From Anthoceros angustus (taxonomy: Eukaryota > Plantae > Anthocerotophyta): 64,000 bases of DNA. Below the pieces are notes generated by a model that worked only from the letters and a program-made list of their open reading frames with translations, was not told where the DNA came from and searched no databases. The stretch lies in contig VJWM01000011.1 in NCBI GenBank assembly GCA_010909165.1, forward strand, positions 1,364,001 through 1,428,000, in the 5' to 3' direction. The position numbers were made by a program, and so were the translations under genes. This document shows positions 35,518 to 49,441 of the stretch, one piece after another; position 1 is the first letter of the stretch; each line of letters starts with the position of its first letter.

Positions 35518-36965
35518 GAATAATGGAGGACTACCCAGAGCTCAAGCGTGTACTGTGAGGAATTTTGCGTTTGTGGGTGAATGTGCTTGGTTAACTCCAT
35601 CCCTGTCCAAACGGAGACACCAACATGACATACCTCCGGTGAAATATTCTAGACAGATTTAATTGGGAGATCGTGGCGACAGTCCGAAATCTCTTCCTTC
35701 CAGAAGGACAGGCAGCTGCGGAAGAACAAAAAAGGATTGCTCGATGACATAGTAGTATTAATGCGCAATATTCGGGCCGCCAGAGACATGCGATTTCTCC
35801 AAGTTCAACACGGTTGCCATCCACTGCACGACAATATCTGTCTCCAGACCTGCGCACGAAAGAGCAGGCCAGGTTTTGTGCTCCATGTGCAACAGACACC
35901 GGGTGCACGCTTAGCTTTCCACACATTCCTGCACCAGAATCAGCAACGTAACCTAAAGTTGTCTCCTGAGGTTTGCACCTCTGTTTCCTCTGAATCTGTG
36001 CTACGCGAGATCCAAAGGACCTGCGTCCTTGAAGGTCGTTCCTCTACTGTACCTGGATGACTGGGTCTATCTGCCTGATGCAATGCAGCATCCCTGCCGT
36101 ACCGTTTTAGGCAGACCGTGTTTCATCAGGCAAGGAAAAGTGCAGCAGGGCCACAGGAGACAGCTGAGGAGAGAGCCTGGAAGCGTGTGCGTACATATGT
36201 ATAGTTGCTGTTTAAAGGCGCGGGTGGGCCTTCCCTTCGGACACGGCAAACGAGACCAGCGGCAGAACGAAATTGTCGTTACCAGCAGCAGCAGCTTTGG
36301 ACTGGAGGCCGGTAGGGCACACTTGCCGGTGCCACGCCACGCCATCCCACGCCAGCCCAGGCCACGCCGTGTCCGAAGCTTGGCACACTGGGCAATGCGG
36401 GCAACACAGCTTCACTACAGATACTGACTGCACACACAGACTTCCACATTCTGGTCCCGAAATCCTCCCCCTTCCAATCATCCGGCGGCGCCTGTCCCAC
36501 AGACCACTTCGACGGCCCACAACATTTGCCCACACGAGACGCGTATCACTCCTCGGCTATGGCTGCCCAGGTGAGACTCTGCGCGGGAGCCCACAAAGCT
36601 GAGAGGCTTTTAGTACTACTGGGCAGCTTGCCGGGAACAGTAGCGCATTGCTCTCGTCGTGCCGGCAGCTCTCATTGTCGGGTACACGAGAAGCTATGTT
36701 TTTTCTTTTTTGTCTTTTCGGAAATGCGGGTGGTCCAAGTGTAGCATTTTCGTGTGAGTCAGGATTTGTTTTGCTCCAGCTAACTGGCAAGCGCCAAGTT
36801 GGTGGGCACGGTCTGATGGTTGTTGTATCTGGCGCAGTCCAACGAGATGGTTGGGGAGAATGGAGCTTCTGGCAATCATTTTGGTCAGCTGCGATTTGCA
36901 GGAACTTTGAGTTTGGTACGAAAGCTCTTACTCAGGGGTTGAAAATGTGTTCTTGCACGAATGCA

Positions 36966-39900
36966 GGAGGAGAACCAAGGGTCCGAGGATCAGAGGTTTT
37001 CGTTGGGGACTCCAGCGTAATGTGACAGAGGAGGTCATCGCTGAGGTGATTGAAAGTTTTGGGCAACCTTCCAACCGTTCAGTGATCAGCCGAAAGGGTG
37101 TGTATACGACTGGTTTGAGTGTCGTTGTCCTGACTGTTACGTAAGTTGTTCTGTAGCTTTTTTCGAAGTGTGGAGAGGTGGCTGAGATTCGGATTATGAA
37201 AGATCATTCTGGATCTCCGAAGGTGAGGAAACTCTACTTCTGCTTCCCAAACAAGTTGCTGGAAAGAGTCCACGCAGACAATTGGTGACAAATCATTGTA
37301 GGGTTCGCTGATCCTGGATGTCGTTTAGTAGGGGTACTGTTTTGTGCGGTTTACAACAAAAGAAGCCGCCCTGAAGGCTCAGAAAGAGAAAAATGGAACC
37401 ACGGTATGTAGTCGTCATTTCTGCTGCTCTGCCTCTTCAACTTGGATGGAAACGTTTTCTGATCTGTCTGGCTTGTCAACTGAATCACGAAAAGGCTGCT
37501 GGCATATCTATTCTTTCTGACGAAGGTTTGCTTGGCTGATGAAGCTGCAAGGGAAGAAGATTGGAGTCACTCCATCCACCGATCAAGATACCCTTTTTCT
37601 TGAAATCTACGTAAAGGTATGTTCATGCTGGTACTTGGATGTTTCCGATCCAGCCAGTCCGTTTGTTGTGAATCCCCTCTATGTGTACACGCATGGGCGT
37701 TAGCCATGATGTGATTTGCTGCTGGGCATGCAGAGTGGGGAACTGTGGAGGTTGACCAGATGGTGAGGCAGGTGAGGATTTGTCTGGATTGTCTGATCCT
37801 TTACTTTCTCCGCACAGTTTGAATGTTTGAATGTTGATAACTCCAGTTTTTTAATCTTTGATGTTGCACATGCTACAGGCATTCCAAGATGTGCAGTCAG
37901 TCGAATTGGCTATGCCACCAAGCACAGGGGAGTCACCCACTAACAAGAAACGACAAAATCGAGGCTTTGCCTTTGTGCATTTCTAGCCATGCTGTAGGTG
38001 ACAAACCAACCTCCTTTCGCTAATATGCCCTGGTTAGCACTTGTGGCAGTAGATGCCTGATGTGCAATTCTTGTATGTTCAATTTCCTGACTGATTGTGT
38101 ACCCAGGCAGCAGCCTTCTCGTTGGCTGTTCTGGGAGAGGTTGGAGTGCACTAAGAGTGGCTTGTCTTGCAAATTTGTGTACTGATTGGGTCACCCATTT
38201 GGCGTTGGCATTGGGCAGTGCATGGCAACACACTGTGCATGGCTATGCTCCTCATAGCTTTCAAGGCTGCAGCAATCCCTATGCATGGTCAATGTTCCGT
38301 CTATTCATTCCATGGTCTTCATCAATTCTACCAAAATCAATTCCCTCAAATGCAGTTTCTTAATCTAGGTCGTAGAGCACTAATATATTTCTCTCATTCC
38401 TCGGTACAAAATATCCTTGGTGGTGTGGTAGTTCAGTCATGGTGATTGCAAGGTCGTAACATTGACATGGTAAGACACAATGCGATGCATCCAGTGTCAC
38501 TGGTGATGATCCACTGTAGTACAGGACCATGAACCTCTAATTCATCCCTGATTCCTGACTTCCTGACCTTTGCGTCTATGTTGAATGAGCTGGAAGGCTT
38601 TACTCCCTGAGACCCATTGGGATGATGGGGTTTTCAGACTGATGGATGTGTGACTTGGCTTCTTTTCTTAAACGAGAAAACAAGCCAACACCCTCACCAC
38701 ATTAAACTTCAGATCACGCCACTGGCCATCCTCATTCAAGTTTAGGGCCTGGAAAACGTGAAGGTCAGTTTGAAAGAACCATTGTTGCTAGGCCTCTTAA
38801 TTGGTATGCTCTTCCGCTGATCTTTTGAGCTGATCGGTCATGTGTCTTGAGTCATCTCCTCCACTGTATGATCTGGTACTTCTATTCAAGTTGTATCAAG
38901 TCACCATCGGGGATATCAGGCTTGATCAAAGTCGAAATCTGGCATCCTTCCTTTTGATCTGGTCACAATGGAAATTCCATCACAGGCTGCAGCACGTGCG
39001 TATCGAGTAGCCAGCAGACCTGATTTCATGCTTGAGGAAAATGGCGACCTGCGATCGACTGGGCTGAGAATGAGCCTGAACCGGATCCTGATGAAATGGC
39101 TAAGGTATTTGAAGGCTAAATATTCACTTGTTGATTTTAGTAAAAAATACAATCATATTAGGCCGTTGAAATCATTGTGGAGAACTTGTGCAGGTGAAAA
39201 CAGCGTTTGTGGGTAACCTTCCGAACAACGTCAATGAGGAATTTTTGCAAACTCTCTTTGAGCCGTTTGGAAAGGTAAGTCGGCCTTTACCATCTTTGTT
39301 CATTGTTATCATCCTTCGGATCTCTCAATTCTTCCCTTTTGTTCACCTTGTCCGTAGTGACAGTTTCTTGTTTACAGATAGAGCGGGTGGCCATATCAAG
39401 AAAGAGCAACATTCCTGTAGGCTTCGTACACTTTGCACAGCGCTCGGTAGACAATCTCATCCACGTTTGCAGCTGAATTTACTGTGTATGAGCTTTAATA
39501 AATCTGATGTCATTCAATTAATAAACTCGTTTCTTGCTTCAATCCTCAAGTTGACATCGCATGAAACATCAGGAACTTGATGTTGCTATCAAGGAGCTAG
39601 ATGCCAGAACAATTGATGGGCCAGATGCTGGTCCCAAATTCAAGCTACAGGTATTGGAGCACTAATCCTGCTCAGACAGTCATGCAATCCACTGTTTAGT
39701 ACCGAGACCTCATGAGCTTGAATGCATGATCAGGTGTCACTGGCTAAGCCTGCTGATAAGGCTCGAAAGCGAGGTCGGGAAGATAATGCCAGTTCTGTGC
39801 TGTTGGCGGCAGCACCAGCAGTGAAGTTTGCTAGTCCGCTTGGTGCTTTCAGCCCTGTGGTAACCGCTGGAGCATATGGGGAATACACAGATTATGTTGT

Positions 39901-41338
39901 AGCTAAGAACCCTCGTGTAACAAACAAGCAGTACCCCTTCCAGAGGTAATCAGCTTGTCTCAAGATGTGATCTTCTAGGCAAATCACTGAAACAACAGTG
40001 TCTGTGCATCACTTGATGAAGTCGAGGTCATCTGCAGGTAGTTGATCCGTATGAGCTTGCCGTTCTCTTTAAGGCCAACAGTTGCAGATAAGCTGACGCA
40101 AATTTTCCGGCAGGGCCTTGCAACTCGTCAGGATGTAAGCAGCCCTTCGCTACCTAGTGCTTCACACAGTTGTGGTGGATACAACCCTGACTGATACGTT
40201 GTCCTGAACAGGTTGACATCCGTGCTTTGAGAGTCTCAGAGATCTACCAGAGCAGGCTGCGGTTTCTGCACTTGATCAGGTTAACTGGAAGGATGTCCTG
40301 TCGTGAACTTCGTAGATCCTAACTTCGTCTCCCTCCAGGTTGCTGAGCGCGATTCTGTTGACTGCAGTTTGCTGTGTCGAGCTTCGCCGATGTCCGTAGC
40401 AAAGGTGCTTACTTGGTTGGTGTCATAAACCGGGTACGTATCATCTGCTGCAGCTGGTCGACGTCACAATAGTCTGCAGAGAGTTGCAAGATAACTAAAA
40501 CCACCGTCCAGTAGGCCTGTTATCAGTCTCATTTTGGTACAATGTCTGGTCCTCAGCTTTCCAATCCTCATGCTGAAGATAACGACAAACAGTCTCTACT
40601 GTCCAGCATTACCGACAATAGGCCCTCGAAAACAAGGTGCTAGTCGCCTGTAAATGCAGACTTCCTTCTAATAACAGCCACTAATAAGAGATCTGGAATC
40701 CTCCCACCTAGACCCACAAACATGAACTAGACCTTGCCTGATCACTTTGGACCCTGTTTTACTATGCTCCCTGTGTTTCTCCTGATCACAGGTGCGTCGA
40801 GACCTTCGTGACAAGGGAGGGGTACAAGACTTGGCTGGCAGGGGGAGCAGACCATCTGGTTATGGTGGGCGTAGCCATGTTGCAGTCAGAGACAGCAGAG
40901 TACTAGGCATGGGAACTGCTGCCCGGACGCGTGTACCGGAACCCCCTTCCATGCCTTATGCTGATGTGGAGCCGAAAATGCTTGGGTACGTGAAATGTTT
41001 CAAGTACATCCTTGATTGGTTCCTCCTGTGGTTCCTTGTATCAACATCTGAGATCAGCATTGTCTGTCGCAGTTATCATGTGTATGGCAACGTGCGACAT
41101 GTTTCTGCCCACCCAGAGCCGTTCCTTCACAGAATGCCAAGTGGTGTGAATGACAGTTACGGGCTTGCTCTCTACAGATCGCCTGTGGGTGCAGGCCCCA
41201 TGGCCGGAGCACTGATACCTCAGATGATGATTGGAGCTCTCGATCGACGAGGCTTCAAATTTGATCCTTACACAGGGAGCCCTTGTTCGACCCATTCACC
41301 GGCGAGCCATTGCAAGCCGGCCCCAGAATATTTGGTAA
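36966..41338 (+). CDS. hnRNP R/Q-like three-RRM RNA-binding protein (multi-exon; start codon not located; 1-bp frameshifts)
   Basis: Exons: GSEVFVG(G)LQRNVTEE, LFSKCGEVAEIRIMKD, GYCFVRFTTKEAA, KIGVTPSTDQDTLFL(G)NLRK, QNRGFAFVHF, AAARAYR..IDWAE.EP.PDPDEMAK, VKTAFVGNLP, VGFVHF and VSLAKP. GT-AG introns. Confidence 0.85.
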
Positions 41339-42726
41339 GTTTTACTGATCGTCTCGGGGTCACAATTTTGTACTAGTAGACTCGTTGTCCTAAATGCACT
41401 TGTAACTTTGTGTCTAGGTATGTAACAAAAAAAAGCTCTTTATATATAATTTTATCCTTTAAAACTTTGTGCTGTATCACTTTGCAAACCTTCAGCACAC
41501 AAAGGTTGAAAATCGATTTCGTCAAGATACGGAAAAAGAGAACCTCTAGGTATTTATGTATATAAAATCATCTTTATATATCAAAAATATTATAATGATT
41601 TTATATCATAAAAATAACAAAAAAATATATAGTTCCATTCTATGCTGGACTAGGGACAGGACTATAATCACCTGCGGTTGCAATTGTACAGTTTGATCCT
41701 ATGGGAGATGGATCCAAACTCAAAAGTTTGACAACATCAGTGATTCTCCTAGTGTAGTAATCGATATTGCAATGAGTGTCGAGGCATTAAGACTAATCCA
41801 TTATCACATATGCTCTTCAAGATCAATAAACTTCGAGATGTAATATGTAGACCCATGAAAAGTCCGAGCAATTCACACGTATCTTGGGAGCACAATACCG
41901 CAATCCTTCCTTTTTGGTGAAGCATTATAGAACTCGACCACGATCTCACTTGATTTGATGTTTCATTTTTGTGCTTCATGTGTTAGAACGCCCATCCAAA
42001 CAAATGGGATCCACCTTTGGGATGCAACCAATAAAAGTTCCAATGTTATTAGAATGGAATGATAAAGCTTTGTTGTGTCTATAGAGAAAACACGACTAAT
42101 TACCATTTCCGCTTTGCAAAAAGTCATGATGCGTGTTCTCAAGCTCAAACAAGAAAAGAGCGCTTGAGATTGGTGCCTTAAAATATCTTCATGCCTATTC
42201 TCGAGATCCAAACAAGAAGAATACGCTCGCTTGTCTTCAAACTTAGAAGTGACATCATTTGTTGCTTGCTTGGTTCCTATTTCAACTCAATCATGAAGAA
42301 AACTAGTCAATGATCACCATACAAAATCTTTACATGTGATGCTATACTCAAGCATATATAATAAAACCATATCTTTCCAATGTAAAAAACTGCACCGAGA
42401 AACCTTGTTTTAACTCAATCAAAGAATCTAAGTTGTTATACAATGTAATACAACAAAGAATTGTAATCAACATAAAACTTTGTTTGACCCATGAGATCAC
42501 CATATTTGGTAGATCAAGAGAAAACAAACAAACAACAAATCATCAAAAGTAGGCAAAGTCATACATATATAGCAAAAAGTAAAAATTCATCGATGATGTC
42601 TTTTAAGGTTATTTAAATAATTGATAATTTTAAATTTATTTAAAATTATATTATTATTTTTAAAATACGTTATCTAAGAATAAATATAATACATATACTT
42701 AAAATATCTTCTTTCAATCTTTCCTT

Positions 42727-45700
42727 GATGACGGACATCAGAACCACTAGGCGCTCATTGGAACCCCGTTATTAACGCAGAATGAATGTAACCACTAGCG
42801 CTCATTGGAACTCCATTATTAACCCGTAATGAATGACAATGAAGGCGTGGGCAAGGGTTCGTGCAATAAGATGGATAGGGTTTGAGGCAAAGATGGCCCT
42901 TTACTTCAGATCAAAAGTGTGTACTTAAAGTAATCCTACTAGATAAGAGAAGCTAATTAGTCAGCTATGTGCCTGGGACGATTGTGGCGCGACTTTTGAC
43001 GGCCACCAAGCATAACCGGTCGTTGTAGGAAGGAGTCCGCTCAAGGGAATGGTCTCGTGCTTATTCCCTCGAGCTCTACTTTATCGCTGAATCGGACTTC
43101 ATCAGTTGGGTCCGGCCCACATTAAGTGTGTGCCCTCCGAACTCCGACCAGCACAGCCACCTGGACCTTCCCACAAACCCCGCCGGATTTCCAAGATTAC
43201 CGAACAGTTTAACGACGCCCTTCGCCCCACGACTAGCGCCCCTCAGCCCTCAACTCTCCGCCACAACTCCACCTCAACACACACGCTGTAACACGACCCT
43301 TCTCCCTTATCCATTCCCATAGTAGTCACAACACCAACACGCTGATGTATTCACACCAGCCTGCCCTTCCTACCGGCTTCACGCTCATGGAGAAGTAGCT
43401 TGTACCGCAACCCCACTTGCTCCAAAGAAGATCCAAGGATGGCTTCCGCCAAGAGTCACCCCAAGCGCCTCCTAATCCTCCTACCGCTTCCACGCTCATG
43501 GAGAAGTGGCTTCACTGCATCCCCATCCGCTCCAGCCTCCAAGGATGGCTTCTCCGCAGTGTCACCCCAAGCGCCCTAATCCTCCTACCGCTTCACGCTC
43601 ATGGAGAAGTGGCTTCGCACTGCATCCCCACCTCCGCTCCAAAGCAGCCTCCAAGGTTAGTCTCGCACCGAGAAATCACCCGCGAGCACCTCCTCGAGCT
43701 CAGTCCGACCCCGTCCGCACCCATCAAGCGTGTTGGAGCTCGCTACCGAGCTCAAAACACATCCCTCTACCAATTAATCGCAGACGGTGAACTCACCCGC
43801 CTCGAGCACTCAAGGCAAGAGCACACGGAGCGCCAAGATGGTACTCGGATACTCGCCGCCTTGGACGCCAGCCTTCCTATATACTCCCATACCCCAACCT
43901 AACCCGCCTATGTATGTATCCTAACCCCTATGTATGTACCTAACTCGGTCGTGGTAATCACGGACGTAGCTCATCGCGCCGGACTTCTGCACCGCTTCCC
44001 CGCCAAACAAGATCCATGCCAGCGATGCCCACCAAACTAAACCACCCTACCAGACCACTCACGGACCGCCCGGACGACCACTCGCGACCTCAAGGACGAC
44101 CACCGGACCTCTCAAGGACGACCACTCCATCGGACCCGTCGACGGACCACCGCTTGACCTCGCCGACGGACCACCCATCTGACCGCCACTCACCACCGCC
44201 GGACCTCGCCCGACGACCACTGCCGCCCCACCCGACGACCACCCGCCTGACCTCGCCCGACGGACCACCCGCCGGACCGCCCGGACGGACCACCGGACCG
44301 CCTCGGACGACTACCCGTCGACCTCGCCCGGACGGACCACTCCGGACCGCCCGGACGGACTACCTGACCGCCCGGACGGACCACCTGGCCGACGCCCGGA
44401 CGGGACTCCACGGACCTCGCCCGGACGGACCACTCCGCCTCTGACCAGACGGACCACTCCGTCTCCAACGGACTGAGGGTCTAGGATTGCACCGGCGCAA
44501 TCGTCAAAATGGCCTTATTGGCTAACTCCTCCCTATCCCTCTTAACAAGAACGACCAAAAAGCAAAACAAGCCGCCAAGAGTACGGGACATCGGATTTGG
44601 CACTCAAACGATCCCGCGATCCAATACGTATCCTAGTTCTTGTGAATCCAATAGTGTATCACGTAGTCTTCACCCCATTCACACTCACACACCAACACAC
44701 TATGTACTATTCTCAACCCCTGCTCACACTTGTGGAAATGGAAAGCACACACCACTCACACTTCTCACCCATGGATATACATGAGCCTCCTCCCAAGGAA
44801 AACAAAGCTTTGTTCTCAAATCCCAAGCACCTCTAGTTCATTTTCTATTGCTTAGGCTTGGAGCATTGTGGAGGAGTCCCGTGATAAGCCTTGAGAAGTG
44901 ACACATGAAACGTGGATGTAACTTTAAGTTAGAACCCAAGGGAAGAGCAAGCAAGTTCATAGGCGTGTCCGATACAACTAAGAATTTTGTATGGACAAAG
45001 ATTTTGTATGGCCCATCAATCAATTTTGTATGGCCACAAGTCTCAGATGGAATGTTGTGGACAAGCAAAGCTAATTAGTAATGGAGTGTAGTCTGCAGGT
45101 TGTCCAAGATGAATCGAGGCGAAATGATATCCCGATCAACCAACAATGAGTCAAGCCATGATACCTATAGACTATCTTGAGAAAGAGGTTGACCACATTC
45201 TCCACCGCAGACAAGTCTAAATTCTTCTTCTTCTTCTTCTCCACCGCATAAATCTTTCGATTTGAAGTAGTATCACCCACCGTGTCAACTAGTTAGTAAA
45301 TACCAAGAGTGTATCATGTCTTGTGGCGCCAATGGAAGACCCATGATGAAGACTCGATCCCATGGTAGCGCCTTAATTGGCAACGTAGTAGGCCGCTTGG
45401 TTTCGCCTGTTGGCCTTGATTCACGATGCTAAGTGCATAATAAGTTGACGCATTTTGGACAACCCTACCGATTGTGTTCTAAAAACATTCAGCACCTTTG
45501 TATCGTCCAAGGATGCCTTGGTGAGAAGTAGATATAGCATTGTGAGCTTGATATGATAGCATGCCGATCTGTGGGTTAAAAGTCTACCTTCATACCATAA
45601 CATGTAGACATCAACCCGTGTCCACTTGTCGATCGCCGTAATATCCTAATAGCTACTGTATTGGGTCCATTTGCATTTAACGATTCGATGTATGCCCTCA

Positions 45701-46440
45701 TATATGCCTACAACCAAGTTCTCGCCTCCCATTCACATACCCTCATAGCATGTTGCGGTGAGCTCCAACCACTAGCTAGTCCGATCGTAAGAGTGTTGAT
45801 CGAGTCTCCAAATAAACCATAGGGCGTTGGTCGGTTTCAAGTTCAATTGAGAGCTCCGTAATAAAGCACCGCCAGGCTTTTAAGGGCCAAACTTGTGAGT
45901 GTTTCCTTCTCACCTCATATTAACCAAATTCAAAGATGCTTGAGCTTTTAAGAATAGTACGAATGGCCGTTGTCTTTCCTAAAAGTCTTGTCGCAACACG
46001 ACCACCAAGTCGATGCATTTGTTGTGACAATGAACGCTCACAAGATCGTGGTAAGACAATTAACTAGAGGTGAGGCAACTTGTTGAGGGCCAGGTCCAAA
46101 GTCATGTCAGAGTCATGACATTAGTGGTGCACGTATGAGCAAAGTTGCAATCAAACTTATGGTAATAAGATGCTAGCTCCACAAAGCTATGTAACTTGAG
46201 ATACCTAGACAGGTGACAGCATCGTTGTATTACTTGAACCTTAGTGGTCTAGTTGGATGCGTCAATAACATGTCCAAGATATTCCAGCTTGGTTTTGCGT
46301 AAACTTACATTCAAAAGCATGGACGAGAGTTTAACAATCTAGGATATTGTATTAAATATTGGCACAAGGGTATTCCTTCTAGGCTTTATTTTCAAGATCT
46401 TTAGAATGATCTACCATGATCTAATATACCCCAAATATAT
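42727..46440 (-). mobile_element. Decayed Ty3/Gypsy remnant (RT-RNase H-integrase plus probable 3' LTR with GC-rich repeats)
   Basis: Degenerate ..SFVELASYY.., LALKAWRCFI..LETDQRPMVYL (RNase H) and LPWDRV..GLP, VYRYHGL (integrase). Minus-strand end ..CCGTCATCA at 42727. LTR limits are approximate. Confidence 0.7.
44050..44470. repeat. GC-rich CCGGACGGACC(AC) minisatellite (inverted copy 54107-54527)
   Basis: Dense CGGACC/GACCAC arrays read directly. Confidence 0.88.
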
Positions 46441-46916
46441 TTGAGCTGCTTATTTTGTTCTTTGCTTAATGAGAGATGTGCTAAATGCTTCTTAGCCAAA
46501 TGGACACACATCTATACAACGTTATTAAGCATCCGGTGCTTAGATCGATACTTAGATAGGGTGCCTAAAGGAGTGGATGCTCTTAGTGCAAGTAGCTTAG
46601 GCACACCATGGTACAAGTATCAAGTATACAAACGCCGTTATTAAGCATCCTGTGCTTAGATCGATACTTAGATGGGGTGCCTAAAGGAGTGGATGCTCTT
46701 AGTGCAAGTAGCTTAGGCACACCATGGTACAAGTATAAGTGCCATGACGGAAGTTCTCTGTGGACTATAATAGAAGTCTCCTTTCCTTCTTCTTTCATTT
46801 AACCGAAGAGAGCGGGTCAGTGGCCAGGTAGTGTAACTGAAGGGAGTTGTGGGTCAGTGTATTTCATGTCCAGGTAGTGTAGTGGCGTGTGCCCGATACA
46901 TTCATATTCTCAGCTC

Positions 46917-49441
46917 ATGCACCGAGCAAATGGGCGTCTGGATTGGTCGGGCAAAGGGCAGCAGGAGCCAGTGCTGGGACAGTTATCGTTGCGCGAGCGA
47001 ATTGGTGGGTTAAGACGTAGACTACCAAGGTCTCCTGCCCAATTGAATTCAAAGAGGCCACGGTTGAGAAACAAGCAGTCTGGGACGTGCTCATTAGCAG
47101 CAAAGCCAGCTCGTGGAAGAGGATATGTTGCTGCAGATGGCCCTTCCAGCGAGGGTCGACGGCAGGAGCCTTGTGGCGACAATTCTTTCTGGGACCCCAC
47201 GCTTTGGTGGGACAGCAGGCAAGATAAGCAGAGCGACCGTTGGCCTAACTTCCGGCACAAAGAGTCCCAGGAGGTCCTCTGGTTGAACAGCCTCCAAGCC
47301 GGGTTGGGTGGATGCCCAGCTTGCTGCTCTGGATGTGGAGGTCGGGTGATCCTGGCCCTCGCAGGCCTGCAGGATACGAAGTGGGCGTGACTGCTGCATC
47401 CGTGGCCGAGCTGTGTGGTGAGGCGACCTCGCTGAGGCTGTTGAGGCTCTGGGAGTTCTGGTGCAGGCAGACTGTCCTGTTGCCAAATCTCTGTTTTATA
47501 CTGTCTTGAAGAAATGTGTGGCGAAGAGGAATCTTGTTCTGGGTCGCCACGTCCATGCCTTGATGGTGAGAAGAGGGTACCAGTCGGACACGTTCCTGTG
47601 CAACCACATTCTAAGAATGTATGCCTCGCATGGCACGTTGCAGGACGCAATGGATGTGTTCTCCATGGTTGCCGAACCAGATGCCTTCTTGTGGTCTTCC
47701 ATAATTTCTGCGCATGTGAAACACGGACAAGACAAGCAGGCCGTAGACCTGTATCAGCGGATGCGCAGGTCAAGTGCGAGGGCAGATGGCATGTGTTTGT
47801 GGCAGCTCTTCAGGCTTGTGCAAGGGGTCTGACTTGAAAGCTGGGCAGCAGGTGCTGCTGATGTGTTGGCTAGTGGCACTCAGCTTGATTTGTTTGTCTC
47901 TAGCTGCTTGGTGGACATGTATGCCAAGTGTGGCAGCTTGGAGGATGCTCAGAAAGTGTTTGACGGACTTGGGCAGAAAGATGTGGTGACATGGACTGCT
48001 CTGATTGCAGGGTATTCCCAGCAGGGCAGGGGTCAGGAAGCCCTTTCTCTTTACAGGGCTATGCAAGAAGAAGGCATCGCGGTACCCAATGCTGTGACAT
48101 TCCTCTGCCTCCTACAGGCATGTGCCAGTGTGGGCTCTCCAGCTTTGAGATGGGGAAGCAGCCCACGCACAAGTCAGAGAACGAGGACACCAGGCCGATG
48201 AGTTTGTAGGTAGCGGGTTGGTGAACATGTATGCAAAGTGTTAGTTAGAAGAAGCACAAAGAGTCTTTGACGGTCTTGTGCAAAAGGATGTGGTGACGTG
48301 GAATGCTATGATTGGGGTACTCCCAGCAGGGCATGGGCCAAGAAGCCCTAAGTGTTTACAGTTGTATGCAAGAAGAAGGATCGCTGTACCCGATTCTGTC
48401 ACATTTGTGTGCGTGCTACAGGCATGTGTGGGCAACCCAGCTTTGAAGATGGGAAAGCAGCTTCATGTCCAACTTAGAGAGCAAGGACATCAAGCTGATG
48501 CCTTTGTAGCCAACAGTTTGGTAAACATGTATGCAAAGTGTGGCAGCCTAGAGGATGCTCGAAGAGTGTTTGACGGTCTTGGTCAAAAAGATGTGGTGAC
48601 GTGGACGGCCCTGATCGCAGGATATTCCCAGAAGGGCATGGGCCAAGTAGCCCTTCACCTCTACAGTGTTATGCAACAAGAAGGTATCGCTGTGCCCAAT
48701 CCTGTGACATTTGTTTGCCTTCTGCAAGCATGTGCTAGTGTGGGCACACCAGCTTTGGAGATGGGAAAGCAGCTTCACGGGCAGATTGTAGAGGGAGGGC
48801 ATGAAGGTGACGTGTTTGTGGCCAACAGTTTGGTATACATGTATGCGAAATGTGGCAGCCTTGAGGATGCCCAAAGACTGTTTGATGGACTTGGTCAAAA
48901 AGATGTGGTGACGTGGACTGCCATGATCGCAGGATATTCCCAGCAGGGCATGGCCAAAGAAGCCCTTCATCTATACACAGCTGTGAAGAGCGGATCAATG
49001 CAACCTGACTTTTGTGTGCCTCCTGCAGGCAAGCATGGGCACCTAGCGTTGGAGAAAGGGAGAGAACTTCATGCACAGATTAGAGAACAAGGTTTTCAAG
49101 CTGATGTGTTTGTAGGAAGCAGTTTGGTCAACATGTATGCAAAGTGTGGCAGCTTGGAAGAAGCTCAAACGGTGTTTGATGGACTTGGCCAAAAAGATGT
49201 GGTTACGTGGAATGCCATGATATCGGGGTATTCCCAGCAGGGCATGGGCCAGGAAGCCCTTCTTCTTTACGGTAGTATGCAAGCAGAAGGAATCACCTCA
49301 CCCAATTGTGTGACATTTGTGTGCCTTCTTCAGGCATGTGCCAGTGTGGGCAGCCCAGCTTTAGAAGTGGGGAAGCAGATGCATGCTCAAATCAAAGAAC
49401 GAGGACATCAAGATGGCATGTTTGTAGCCAGTAGTTTCTAA
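46917..49441 (+). CDS. PLS-class PPR protein with N-terminal PDF-like WW motif, truncated by the fold-back; frameshifted as assembled
   Basis: Arg-rich N-terminus, LWRQFF.DPTLWWDSRQDKQSDRWPNFRHKESQEVLWL, then ~6 PLS triplets, ending at the hairpin centre. Confidence 0.8.

Noticed and set aside
44016-44444. Pro/Thr/Arg-rich ORFs on both strands (and mirror 54109-54561)
   Set aside because: Translations of the GC-rich minisatellite; no domain or codon signal.
46910-47773. 287-aa minus-strand ORF (mirror 50846-51667)
   Set aside because: Antisense to the PPR N-terminal region; no recognisable features.
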